DNA of 61,755 nucleotides, filler included, from Nemertoderma westbladi (Eukaryota > Animalia > Xenacoelomorpha), in the NCBI GenBank assembly GCA_032718475.1. It is 3 parts of 3 records of this genome, joined end to end, with 100 filler letters (N's around TTAATTAATTAA, not from the genome) between each part and the next. Parts side by side here need not be neighbours in the genome. Positions count along the whole stretch, not along the records: positions 45,683 to 61,755 come from JAUCBJ010004435.1; 2 more parts are not named here. One strand, given 5' to 3'. Position numbers and translations under genes: made by a program. This document shows, piece by piece, positions 48,854 to 60,631 of the stretch (its first letter is position 1; each line of letters opens with the position of its first letter). The notes under the pieces were generated by a model. That model saw only the letters and a list, made by a program, of their open reading frames with translations, ran no database searches and was not told the origin of the DNA.

Positions 48854-49129
48854 CTCCCCGAGCCGGTCACCAATCGTCCATTAATGTCGGACGGCGGAGT
48901 TTCCGGCGAAGGTGTCTTCTTTCTGGTGGACCCAGATAACCCAGACAGTCGACGTCACTACAGCGATGACGGGCCAAGACCCCAGAGTAATGATCTCGAA
49001 CTCCGAGACATAAAAGGCTCGACCAATCCAGCGGTGAACCCGGATCTGGATCGGACGATATCCAATGAGGAGGCCGAGTTAATACGAATACAGGAATCCA
49101 GCGAGTCATTGGGAATAACCTTACATCAG
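48854..49129 (+). CDS. TRPA1: TRPA1-like channel exon (N-terminus, ends ITLHQ)
   Basis: Acceptor TTTTCTTTACCAG, donor CAG|GTATAT, phase 0; joins the next exon as ankyrin motif TLHQ|AARD. ATG at 48884 is in frame. Confidence 0.75.
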
Positions 49130-49403
49130 GTATATAAATGTTTACACCTAGTTTCTACCTACACCTAGTATATATTACGTTTACTTACACGTCTTATAAG
49201 AACAACCCTGGACTACGATTACATACTTGGTTGTATAGATTACACCACGCTATGTTATAAATATACAAAATACATTTTACTTATTTAATTAGTTGCTATT
49301 TTCACTGTACCAAGTATAGTTATATACAGTTTACATTATTAAGCATACTTTTACTACACTTTGTACTACATTAAGTTTAAACCATTGTCTTTTTCGCATG
49401 AAG

Positions 49404-49578
49404 GCGGCTCGCGATGACAACAAGGAAGTACTTAAGAGCCTCCTGGAGGCATTGTCTCGGAATCCCAACAAACGGAAGCGCCTAGAGGCCCTGGATGAAG
49501 ATAAACTCAGTCCGCTGCACATCGCTGCGAAATATACAAACTTTGATTGCGTCAAGTTACTGTTGGAATTCGGCGCCT
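49404..49578 (+). CDS. TRPA1: TRPA1-like ankyrin exon
   Basis: AARDDNKEV...LSPLHIAAKYTNFDCVKLLLEFGA; donor T|GTGAGT, phase 1. Confidence 0.85.
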
Positions 49579-50047
49579 GTGAGTTAACAGATGTAACTTT
49601 ACTTTTGCTTTAGGACATAATATTGAGTTCGATTAGGTTATTTTTCGACAATGAATGACTACAATAATACGGTATCTAACATAATATAACCACGAACCTT
49701 AGCGAATAGTTGTTGTAAGTCGCATGAATCGTGATAACACAAACATTATGAACCATAATTTCGTATCATGTACTTGAACCACTGTGTAAATGTTGCTCGA
49801 ACCATAATATTAAGAAGGATGAACCTTTTCATATAAACATATTGATTACGAGCCTTAGAACAATAACTATTGTGGTTTACAAATTAAATAAAACATTGCT
49901 GCAAATATTAGTAGGCTATAGAGGCTAAGGAGAGGGTTTATTATTCCACGATTATCTAAGGAAGAGGAACCAATAGCGGAGACATCTATTTCCTTGATTG
50001 AATATTTTAATATTATAAAATGGATTAATTTCTCATTGTTTTCTCAG

Positions 50048-50154
50048 CTACCCATACACCTGGCGAGGATGGGAATACTGCGCTCCACTTCGTCTGTCGG
50101 TGTAAACCATTGAGTCGTAAACTCGCGTACACCGCGAGTAGTGGTGCGTTAGAG
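50048..50154 (+). CDS. TRPA1: TRPA1-like ankyrin exon
   Basis: Acceptor TTTTCTCAG; THTPGEDGNTALHFVCRCKPLSRKLAYTASSGALE; donor GAG|GTGAGT, phase 0, matching the next exon. Confidence 0.8.
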
Positions 50155-50411
50155 GTGAGTGAATCACGAAACTTGCGAACACCGCGAGTAGTGTTGCGTT
50201 AGAGGTGAGTGAATCACGTAAACTCGCGTACACCGCGAGTAGTGGTGTGTTAAAGGTGAGTGAATCACGTAAACTCGACTCGCGTGGTGCGTTAGAGGTG
50301 AGTGAATCACGTAAACTCGCGTACACCGCGAGTAGTGGTGTGTTAGAGGTGAGTGAATCACGTAAACTCGCGTACACCGCGAGTAGTGGTGCGTTAGAGG
50401 TGAGTGAATCA
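50116..50411 (+). repeat. ~51-bp tandem repeat (6 units) spanning the exon/intron boundary
   Basis: Unit CGTAAACTCGCGTACACCGCGAGTAGTGGTGCGTTAGAG|GTGAGTGAATCA; donor-to-donor spacings 50, 51, 42, 51, 51. Confidence 0.95.
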
Positions 50412-50984
50412 CATAGGGTATTAATAACTTGGGATAGGAATATCGCCCACCCCTACCCTCGGTTAGCAGCTATCGAAAGAGGAGCCTTCGGGTTGCCTCC
50501 GGTTTCGACTCACTGTTGCTTTTGATTCACTTAGTCAATCACAAACCAGCCTACTGCATAAAGCAATGTAGACCACTCAATCACAAACTATACTTTAGGT
50601 CCGAGTCACAAACTATAGATTAAATAATAAAAAATATATATTCCCAAAAGAGGAGCGGTATAATGAATGACAATGAATTTTATGATAATTATTTTTAATA
50701 TCCACTAAAATTATTTTGTTTTCCTCTAAATCTATTCCAGAAATTGTATTTTTTGTTCAAGTATTTTAATTTACGATTCGACAATCATCCACGTCTATTT
50801 TTTATCGGAACAACATTGATGATATTGTTCTATGTGAATTCTTTTAGGGAATAATATTGTGTAATGCTAAATGATTTTTAATTAGTGGCTTCTGGGAGGC
50901 GATTTAAATTAATGATATTCAAAGATGATTTCGTTAAGATATATGGAAACAATGAGAAAGCGCGTCACCGGGGGTTGAACCTGC

Positions 50985-51022
50985 GCTATACGCGTTTCGG
51001 CCTATCAGGCCTCATCAGTAAC
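50985..51022 (-). ncRNA. Minimal type I hammerhead ribozyme (Penelope-like element type)
   Basis: Minus strand reads GTTA-CTGATGA-GGCCT gat AGGCC-GAAA-CGCG-TA-TAGC: both core boxes intact, 5-bp stem II, palindromic ACGCGT stem III, GUA cleavage triplet, 4-bp stem I. Confidence 0.8.
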
Positions 51023-51367
51023 TCTTACTTGTTCAACTACTTTCCTCTAACACCTTATTTCTTCAACCTAGTTAGGTTGCGTGATTGATTTAGATATCAC
51101 AATGTGAAATACATTAATTTATCCTTCTATTATGATATTATTTAGTGTATTAGGCTTAATTAAACTAATTATACTAATTCGATAATATTAAAACAGCATC
51201 TTGCAGTTGCATTATCAGCTCAACTCTAATTGATTTAATTAAATTTAGTGCCAAAGTTAGTAAAAATAGCGAAATTCCTTGAGAATAGTGTTTATAGCAT
51301 TATTACAATTGGTGGAAATATTAGATTTTTAAGTGATGATAAAAATCACTGGGTTGTTTCTATTTAG

Positions 51368-51580
51368 GACTCTGGTGATTCAACCGCCAAGGCCCTGGAA
51401 GGCCAACAACTAACTGTGACGGAGAGGGTGATAGCGTTGTTAGTTAACAATAAGTTCAGCGCGGCCAATGTAAACGCCCAGGATGACTACGGCATGACAC
51501 CGCTGCACCACGCCGCTCTTAGGGGTAACGATCCAGCCGCCAAAGCTCTACTCCGGTGCAAACCTGCAATACAGATTGGG
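51368..51580 (+). CDS. TRPA1: TRPA1-like ankyrin exon
   Basis: DSGDST...ANVNAQDDYGMTPLHHAALRGND..AKALL...IQIG; AG/GT boundaries, phase 0/0. Confidence 0.88.
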
Positions 51581-51694
51581 GTGAGTGAACTCTGTTTGAT
51601 AAATCTTTGTGTTTTGAAACTCCTATTGATAAAGCTTGCTTAGTAAGTAGATAATAGCAAAGGATAAATAATTCGGTTAATTTTTAATTTGCAG

Positions 51695-51779
51695 CAAACC
51701 GACAAACAACGGATGACAGCCTTACACGTAGCTGCCACTCATGGTCACACTGAAATCGCTAGACTACTGATCGACGAAG
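51695..51779 (+). CDS. TRPA1: TRPA1-like ankyrin exon
   Basis: QTDKQRMTALHVAATHGHTEIARLLIDE(G); acceptor TTTGCAG, donor G|GTTAGT, phase 0/1. Confidence 0.88.
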
Positions 51780-52375
51780 GTTAGTGGTTTACGGTCCACG
51801 TAGTTTATTGTGTAGGTTAATTACCATCCGGTTCTGTTTCCTTAATGATATCAATAATTATCAGTTACATAGTGCCGTCTACTATTAAGTACTACTCGCT
51901 AAGTGTTGTATAAGTAATACTGCTCACGAAGTACTACTCGTTAAGTAACTGCCCTGCTCACTAAGTAATGCTTACTAAGTTAAGTACTGTGCTCACTAAG
52001 TACTGGAGAATTATACAGAAAAGTGGCCAAAACATACAAAAAATGGTGTAATTCCATTTCTACTGAATGAAATCTCATGAAATAAAATGTTACAGGTAGA
52101 CATTTTCATCAGTATTCTAGGAATCCATGTTTGCTAAACGCTAACTGTAAATTAATAGCACTAAATTTTGCTTCTTATCGTCAAAAACCACGGAAAATGT
52201 GATTTTTTTGACAATAAAAATAATTAGCAGTACTTAAATAAGGAGCTCTAATGACTCCCGCCCAGGAGCTCTGACTGTTAATATGTTACCAAATGAAAGG
52301 TCAAAGAAACATCATACATTGAAACATTTAGAAACATCATAGTCTGTATAGATGAATAGTTAGAGTTAATAGAAG

Positions 52376-53135
52376 CGAGTGGAGACGGAGTGGGAAGTAC
52401 AGGAGGATCTGTGGAAGATGTGGGAGACGGAGTGGGAAGCTCAGGGGGATATGTGGAATTGTGGGAAAGATGGAGTGGGAAGTATGGGAGGATCTGTGGA
52501 GGGTGTGGGAGACGGAGTGGGAAATACAAGAGGATCTGTGGAGGGTGTGGCAGACGAGTGGGGAGTACAGGAGGATCTGTGGAGGGTGTAGGATACGGAG
52601 TGGGAAGTACAGGAGGATCTGTGGAGGATGTGGGAGACGGAGTGGGAAGTACAGGAGGATCTGTGGAGGGTGTGGGAGGCGGAGTGGGAAGTACAGGAGG
52701 ATCTGTGGAGGAAGTGGGAGACGGAGTGGGAAGTACAGGAGGATCTGTGGAGGAAGTGGGAGACGGAGTGGGAAGTACAGGAGGATCTGTGGAGGGTGTG
52801 GGAGACGGAGTGGGAAGTACAGGAGGATCTGTGGAGGAAGTGGGAGACGGAGTGGGAAGTACAGGATGATCTGTGGAGGGTGTGGGAGACGGAGTGGGAA
52901 ATACAAGAGGATCTGTGGAGGGTGTGGGAGACGAGTGGGGAGTACAGGAGGATCTGTGGAGGGTGTAGGAGACGGAGTGGGAAGTACAGGAGGATCTGTG
53001 GAGGAAGTGGGAGACGGAGTGGGGAGTACAGGATGATCTGTGGATGGTGTGGGAGACGGAGTGGGAAGTACAGGAGGATCTGTGGAGGAAGTGGGAGAAG
53101 GAGTGGGAAGTACAGGAGGATCTGTGGAGGGTGGA
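52376..53135. repeat. 42-bp G-rich intronic minisatellite, ~18 units
   Basis: Unit GGAGACGGAGTGGGAAGTACAGGAGGATCTGTGGAGGGTGTG. Confidence 0.95.
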
Positions 53136-53769
53136 GATGAAACTGATGAACAATTTACAGGTTTTGACTAACTGCTCTGCTATAGTGATATATAACAGTT
53201 ATAAACTTAATAGTAAACAGAAAGTCATAGTAATAAACAGTAATAGAATAATAAGTAATAAACAGAAATAAGGACCATAAAGATTTATTATGATTGATTA
53301 TATTTGCAAATAAGCTTTATTGAAAGGTGTTACTGGGATCAGGTATGGCTGCATAGCTCCCACTCAGAGACGAAATCTAGGTTAATTTAACATATCAGTG
53401 TAATTATAACTGGTGTTACATGGTGGAACAAATTGTTACAGGCATCGGAAATCACCATTCAAGGGATTGGCTGATATCGGGCGTTACATTGTGGGACAAG
53501 TGTTACAGGAATGGACATCTGTTTTTCTCAATTATTTGTTACCATGAGGTCGGGGCTATTGGGAAATTACCACCATTGAATTCAGCGCATCGAGAGCTTT
53601 CTGGTGATATATAATATTACATACTTTGGGGGACTTTTTTTTTACAAAAAAATGAATTTTTTTGGCCACTTTTTATGAGTTTGAGCCGTTTGTATAATTG
53701 TATATATACAATATGAATATACATATTATTGTAACAATAATTGTACAAAATAGTTAACGGAATCCTTAA

Positions 53770-53900
53770 AACCATCACTAACTTAATCTCAGTCCTCCAC
53801 GTGTAACGCCATCCCATTACTAACGTAATCTCTAAGTCCTTCACGTGTAACGCCATCCCATCACTAACTTAATCTCTAAGTCCTTCACGTGTAACGCCAT
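53770..53900. repeat. ~44-bp tandem repeat, 3 units
   Basis: CACGTGTAACGCCAT recurs three times. Confidence 0.85.
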
Positions 53901-54299
53901 TATGCTTCCAACACTACCTATAGTGTTAGGCTTCATATGCATTAAGTGTCATATTTTTAATGAATTGTAGTTTGGCTACAGGAGCTATTTTTTCCAAGAC
54001 TATTATAAAAAAAGTAATCTGGACAAAGTAGACTTGTCAAATAATGTGTGGTTTGTCCCTAAATATAGTAGTCTTGTAACAATAACTTCGTGAATGAATA
54101 CTGTAAATTGGTGGACAAGTATACATATTTTCTTGACAAAAATAAGTTACATATGAAATGCGTAACTTGTCAACAATTAATAGTCCAAGGCGTACGGGAC
54201 AGGGGGGCGGGGATGGCAATTGCCCATCCAACAAATTTATATGGGGCGAAATTACAGGCATAATGAAGGGCGAAATTTTTGAGTATAACAACTTTTTCA

Positions 54300-56895
54300 A
54301 ACATTATCGCCCTGATCCAGTAACCAGTGGTACTTCGTATGCCAACTTTTTGGAAGAATTTGAATCGCTCCTGTCACGTTTATTTGTCGCCTCATCTGTA
54401 AATACAATTCTAGTTGGAGATTTAAATATCCATCTGGATACGCACGCAACTCGATTGATCGTTTCACCGATATTCTTCAAAGACATAACCTTACTCAATT
54501 TATTTCACAGCCTACACATTGTGGGGGTCACACATTAGATGTTGTTATTACTCCTACTAGTATTGCACACCTTATTGATTCAGAATCTATATATATTGAC
54601 TGTATGAGCGAAATTTACCCTGACCACTACCCAGTTTCATTCGTATATGAAGCGCACATGTAAACAAAGTCAAAGACAGTCCTGTTGCACAAAACAAAGT
54701 TATTAAATGTTGGAAAGATTGTAACACGCAAGATATAGATAACCTACTTTCACAGATTAAATTAGAAGGTGATAACTCTTCTCAGCTGCTCGACGCATAT
54801 AATTCATGCCTTCAAAAGATTGCAGACACTGTAGCTCCCGAGAAAACGATCCGCTTCAAACCTCGTGACTCTTCACCCTGGTATACTGCAGAGTTGAAAC
54901 AATGCCGCAATAAAATGAGGAGTTTGGAACGTCGATGGCGTCAGAAACCTACTCTAGAAAACAAACTTCGCTATAGCGATCATACCAAGGTCTACAACCA
55001 ACTTTGTAAAAAAACTGCTACTGAATATTTTGATTCGAACCTTCACGACAAAGACTCTGGCAGTCTCTTTAAATTTGTGAAGTCGTTATCAGCTTCTCAA
55101 AGTCCGTTACGTCAATCGCAAGATGATACTCAACTTTGTGATCGGTTTGCTGATCACTTCGTCTCCAAAGTAAGTTCTATTCGCGACTCCCAACTCCAAA
55201 TGAACTCTGTCATGCCCCAGTTTCAACTGCAGTCAACTAATGAGAATACAGTATGGACGACATTTAAACTTCCCACTATATCAGAAACAAAGACAATTAT
55301 ATCAAATATGAATGGCACGCACTACTTGCGATTTAGACCCTATACCTACCAATATTTTAAAGAAATCTGATTCATGGGCCCCCTTAGTCAACACTGTTGT
55401 AGTAGCTTCTGTACGTTTTGGTGAATTTCCTTCAGCTGGTAAACAAGCACTGTTACGTCCATTGTTAAAAAACCCAAACTCGACCCGGAAATTTTAATGA
55501 AATATAGACCGATTTCAAACTTACCATTTCTTCCTAAAGTAATTGGTAGTAAACATGCGTCACTTCAACTAATCGAATTTTTAGAAACTGAAAAACACAT
55601 ACCTGTGTACATCTCTGGTTACCGTAAAAATCATTCTGTGGAAACTGTTCTTTGTCGACTACAGAACGACCTTCTAAATACACTCGATAATGGTAAATTC
55701 TCATCGCTTTTTCTTCTAGATCAATCATCGGCTTTTGATCTTGTTGATCATGACATTCTGCTTGAAAAACTTCGCTTACTGGGAATTGGAGGAACTGTTT
55801 ATGACAGGTTTAAGTCTTATATCACTGATCGTTCCTACGTGGTCATTATCAAAGGAAAAAGATCCCGTGTAGTGCGCTTGTCAACGGGAGTCGCCCAAGG
55901 TTCGGTATTTGGAGCGATTCTCTATGTAATATACAGCCTACCTGTCGCTTCCACTTGTGATAAACTTGACATCGGATATCACATATATGCTGATGATAAT
56001 CAACTGTATATCGTGTTCGATTCACTTGATCATGGTACCCTTGAATGGATGATACAGAACTGCGTTGGACAAATAAAGATCACACTCGATGAATTACGTC
56101 GTCAATTAAATGACGAGACATTGGATATTTTATTAATAGGCCGAGGCTCAGAATTTCACGACTTTGCAGCTTCGTTTAACATCGAGTTAGGTGGTAAAAT
56201 AATCCCAGCACGGTCTTCAGTTACTACCCTTGGTGTTAGACTAGACAGTGAACTTCGTATGAGACAACACGTCAACTCCACTGTATCATCTCAGAAATAT
56301 TAGACAAAAACGAGGTCACCTATCAGAAGATAATACCGCGAATCTGGTCAATGCGCTTGTTGTTTCAAGACTTGACATGAATAATTGTTTGTTGTATGGT
56401 CTCCCACAGACTCTCCTTAGCCGCCTCCAAATTGCACAAAATTCTTGTGCTCTGCTGATAAAGAGGCAAGGACGCAGGTCGCACATAACTCCAGTGCTAC
56501 GGGAATTGCACTGGCTTCCAATCTCATTCAGGATAGACTATAAAATCGCGCTTTTAACGTGGAAAGCTTTAAACGGTCTCGCTCCGACATATATACTCAA
56601 TATATTAGAGCCCAACTACAACCGTACGAGAACAGAGTATCTGTGTACCCTGAAGGTCCCTGCCTTCAAACTATCAAGCTTTGGGGCCAGATCTTTCAGT
56701 TACGCCGCGCCAGTGGTTTTTAATAGCCTCCTACTTAACCTAAGAACTGCTACTCAAATAAAACACTTTAAAGTCGGTTTAAAAACAGAACTCTACAATA
56801 GAGCGTTTAATATCTAAATGGAGCATGAGCGCCTTAGAATCTATTTATAGAGTTGGGCGCTATATAAATAATAGTTTATTATTATTATTATTATT
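54300..56895 (+). mobile_element. CR1/L2-group LINE ORF2 remnant (partial AP endonuclease plus RT), intronic and decayed
   Basis: YRP, ILVGDLNIHLD, GHTLDVVI, DHYPV, DPIPT, YRPISNL, SAFDLVDH, GVAQGSV, YADD, HITPVLRELHWLPI; GGCGCTATATAAAT plus (ATT)n tail. Confidence 0.95.
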
Positions 56896-57869
56896 TTTAT
56901 TATATGTCATGCTTTTGAAAACTATATGTTTTGACCATATTTTCGGCTTAAAGTGTTACGTGCCATATAATTGGTACCTCGGTAAAACAATAACAGTTCT
57001 GAAATCGTCCTTGAAACTGCTTTCATATGATGTATAATGTTCATACGCAGCATTTATAATGTGTGTTTGGCAGTTTCAGTCGTACGATAAAACGTCCCCC
57101 ACCTGTAACCGGGCTCTCATTACATTTACATGGAAGGTTACAGGAAGACAAATGTCCCACGCCTGTAACCAATTATCCTAAAATATATCCTATATAGTGT
57201 TTCACTGACATTCCCATAATTTACAGTCTTATAAATTTGATATTTATTTTACTGTCCCAACACCCCAATCATGTGGAATATTCCTTCCCAATAAAAATGG
57301 CATTGATTTACCATAAAGCTGCATTACTGGTAGTAAGGTCTTTATTAGTTTAATGTTTCGATGATATTTAAGATAACGTAGGCCCGCGCCGCACTGGTAA
57401 CTCATAAGTCGCCATCCGATTTTGTCTGAGTCCGTCGATGTCAAAAGAAGATGCGTCTAAGATTTAATGGAACACCATAAATTGCTGTACAATATTTTCT
57501 GGCTTGCTGGTACCCAAAGAACTAATCACAGACCTCTTGCCGGATATAACTCATGAGTCGTATGTAAAAAGATGGAACATGGGACATAATCACTTTCGAC
57601 CCATGAGTCTTAACAAACGACTTATAAGCCAATGTGTTCCATAATTTATTTTGATTTATGACACATATACAACTTATCAGTACAATACCTTATGGTTGAA
57701 TAAAGTAGAAAACAAAGCAATACAGGAAGTAATGCATGGCCTATTTTTCACTTTTCAAAATTCATCTTTGAAATTATTTAGGTTTTCTAAACAAATTAGA
57801 GATTTTCTAAATTTTTCCTCGCCGTTTAGAAACTTTTCACAGCGGGCATTTTGAATAAAAAAACCTGCT

Positions 57870-58555
57870 TCTAAGTAATGCTCGGGATCACTAAGTACTA
57901 CTCGCTAAGACAGCTCACTAAGTACGGCTCAGTGCTCACTAAGTACTACTCGCTAAGTGCTGATCACTAAGTACTAACTAAGTACTCTTTCTAAGTAATG
58001 CTCAGGCTCACTAAGTACTACTCGGTAAGAAGGCTCACTAAGTACTGCTCAATGCTCACTAAGTACTACTCGCTAAGTGCTGATCACTAAGTACTAACTA
58101 AGTACTGTTTCTAAGTATTGCTCAGGCTCACTAAGTAAGTACTACTCGCTAAGACAGCTCACTAAGTACTGCTCAGTGCTCACTAAGTACTACTCACTAA
58201 GTGCTAATCACTAAGTACTAACTAAGTACTGTTTCTAAGTAATGCTCAGGCTCACAAGTAAGTACTACTCGCTAAGACAGCTCACTAAGTACTGCTCAGT
58301 GCTCACTAAGTACTACTCGCTAAGTGCTGATCACTAAGTACTAACAAGTACTGTTTCTAAGTAATGCTCAGGCTCACTAAGTACTGCTCGCTAAGACAGC
58401 TCACTAAGTACTGCTCAGTGCTCACTAAGTACTACTCGCTAAGTGCTGATCACTAAGTACTAACAAGTACTGTTTCTAAGTAATGCTCAGGCTCACTAAG
58501 TACTACTCGCTAAGACAGCTCATTAAGTACTGCTCAGTGCTCACTAAGTACTACC
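57870..58555. repeat. ~120-bp tandem repeat built of CTCACTAAGTACT motifs; related degenerate copy at 51880-52005
   Basis: TCTAAGTAATGCTC recurs at ~120-bp intervals, about 6 times. Confidence 0.92.
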
Positions 58556-58602
58556 GCTTATTAATTGATATCGCTTACTCAATTTCTTCGTTACCCATTT
58601 AG

Positions 58603-58736
58603 GTGCTGATTTACGGGCTAAGGAGGAAGAGAATGGCACTCCTCTTCACTTCGCCTGTAGCGAGGGAAACATAAACATTGTCCATTTACTTTATGAGGCC
58701 GCGATAAACAAATACAGTTGGATTACATGGAAGGAG
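58603..58736 (+). CDS. TRPA1: TRPA1-like ankyrin exon
   Basis: (G)ADLRAKEEENGTPLHFACSEGNINIVHLLYEAAINKYSWITWKE; phase 1/0, consistent with both neighbours. Confidence 0.88.
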
Positions 58737-59431
58737 GTTTGTGGTGTAATAATATAGTATAATATTTATTATATAGTATATAGTATATTATAGGATTACA
58801 TAGAAGGGGGTTTGTGGTGTAATAATATAGTATATTATGGTTTCAACCTTCAATGTGTATAAGACCAGTCTATAATAATCAATTGATTTTTTTCATTTTC
58901 AAACATTTTTAACAAAAAATTTTCAATACAGTTTTTTTTTATTAATTTACATTTTTCAGTATAGTTTTGCTTGCAATGTTAAAATTTTCTAATAAATAAA
59001 CAGTCTCCATTCTCCTAACTCATATCTACTCTCTCACTCCGACTCTATTCAATATTTAATGCAACAATCAGCACATTGTAAAGTTCCTATTAAAGACACA
59101 TTAATTTTTTTGAAGTATTATAAATAAAATATAAATATCAAAAATAAAAATTAAGTATTTATTATCTTCTCCGATACGCTTTGTGTACCAAATGAGTTCA
59201 ATCTTCAAGTTTTTTTTAGTACCAAAGGTGCAATACACCTGGATTCAATCTTCAAGGTATATGTTTTGTGAACTTATTTCAAAATTTACGGAAATTATAT
59301 TCTACTGCAGCAATAAACTTTGATTAATCGTGAGAATCTTCCTTTAACCGAATTTCATACAATTAATTATCTTTATCCGATACAGTCGAGAACGATATGT
59401 GAACATTTTTTTCTCTCTTTCTACATATTAG

Positions 59432-59525
59432 ATGTTACTGGACGTTGACATGGAACTGAGTACGGCTCTGCATACCGCCGTAGCCAGCACCCACACACAT
59501 GTCGCAAAGTTCCTTACAGATAAAG
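59432..59525 (+). CDS. TRPA1: TRPA1-like ankyrin exon; gene continues beyond the window
   Basis: MLLDVDMELSTALHTAVASTHTHVAKFLTDK(G); phase 0/1. The repeat series resembles invertebrate TRPA1-like N-termini; the channel domain is not in the window. Confidence 0.82.
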
Positions 59526-60631
59526 GTAGACATACTAACACGACCTTGCTGATATTTTTCTGCATTTGAGATTCACAAAATGATACTCTTCTGTATAGCA
59601 ATGTTTCTATATAGTTTATCTGGAGGTCTTTTGTAAGACATATTGTAACTCTAATCTCTCTAACGCCTTCAATTACATCATACTGTAATGAGCATTGCGG
59701 GTGGTCGGTTGGTTGTGTCTCAATTTCATGTTTCAATGGTGAATTAGTTTGTCCAACGTTTACAAAATATATTAAGATTGAAGTTCTTTAACTTATATGC
59801 TACGCTTATTTCTAATGGATGCATGCAATACGTAGTTTTATATTAAAGGGAACATTATTTTCACGGCGATATTACACCATGACCCCCAATATTGTCATTT
59901 CTGACACCGCCAAATTTTTCTACAATAATCTTTATCGTATTGCTTAAAATTTGAAACACAACTAGTTCACCTCACCTTTGAGGGCCCCATGAAGTCGGAA
60001 TTTTCGATTTACCTTTACATTTTTCTATAAGCGTTTTAAAAAGTGCTTAATTGTAGCCTTTACACCGCCGCCATTCTTCACATTATCATCATCGATTTTT
60101 ACATATCATATATCATATCATTCCAAATATGTAACAATGTCTGAGTTTCGTTGAGAAACAGCTGAGAAATAGGCGTTCAAAGATTGCATGAATTATTCTG
60201 CAGGACATTTATTCTATTTAATAAATACACAATGTTCTGGAACATTTTGCTTTATGTATGTCAAGCTCATGGCGTCCTAAACTATTAGGCCGCGCAGCCG
60301 GAATTTTCTAGCTAACTTGAGGGTATTTCATAGTAAACAAAACACACTTTGGAAATTTAATGTAAATATAATAACTATATTTCATTTACAAAAAGAATGC
60401 ATTTTTGTCCGTCTTTTTAATACGTATTTTATAGGAATAGCAATAGCTTATTTTTTAGAGGCCGAAAACCAAGGACGTTCCGTTTTGTTGGAGTACACCG
60501 TGCAGGCAATAAAGTTACAATAACTTTTGAGTGTGTGAATGGATTTTGCTCAAATTACTTGCAAACCTTTTCTACTTCTGAGTGTTTGAACCTCATTTAT
60601 CACATAGTAGACTTGTATACAGAACGACAAG

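Noticed and set aside
52278-53271. Mucin-like, Pro/Thr-rich or Gly-rich proteins from overlapping ORFs
   Set aside because: Several frames are open only because the 42-bp unit lacks stops; the block lies in an intron whose flanking exons join in frame without it.
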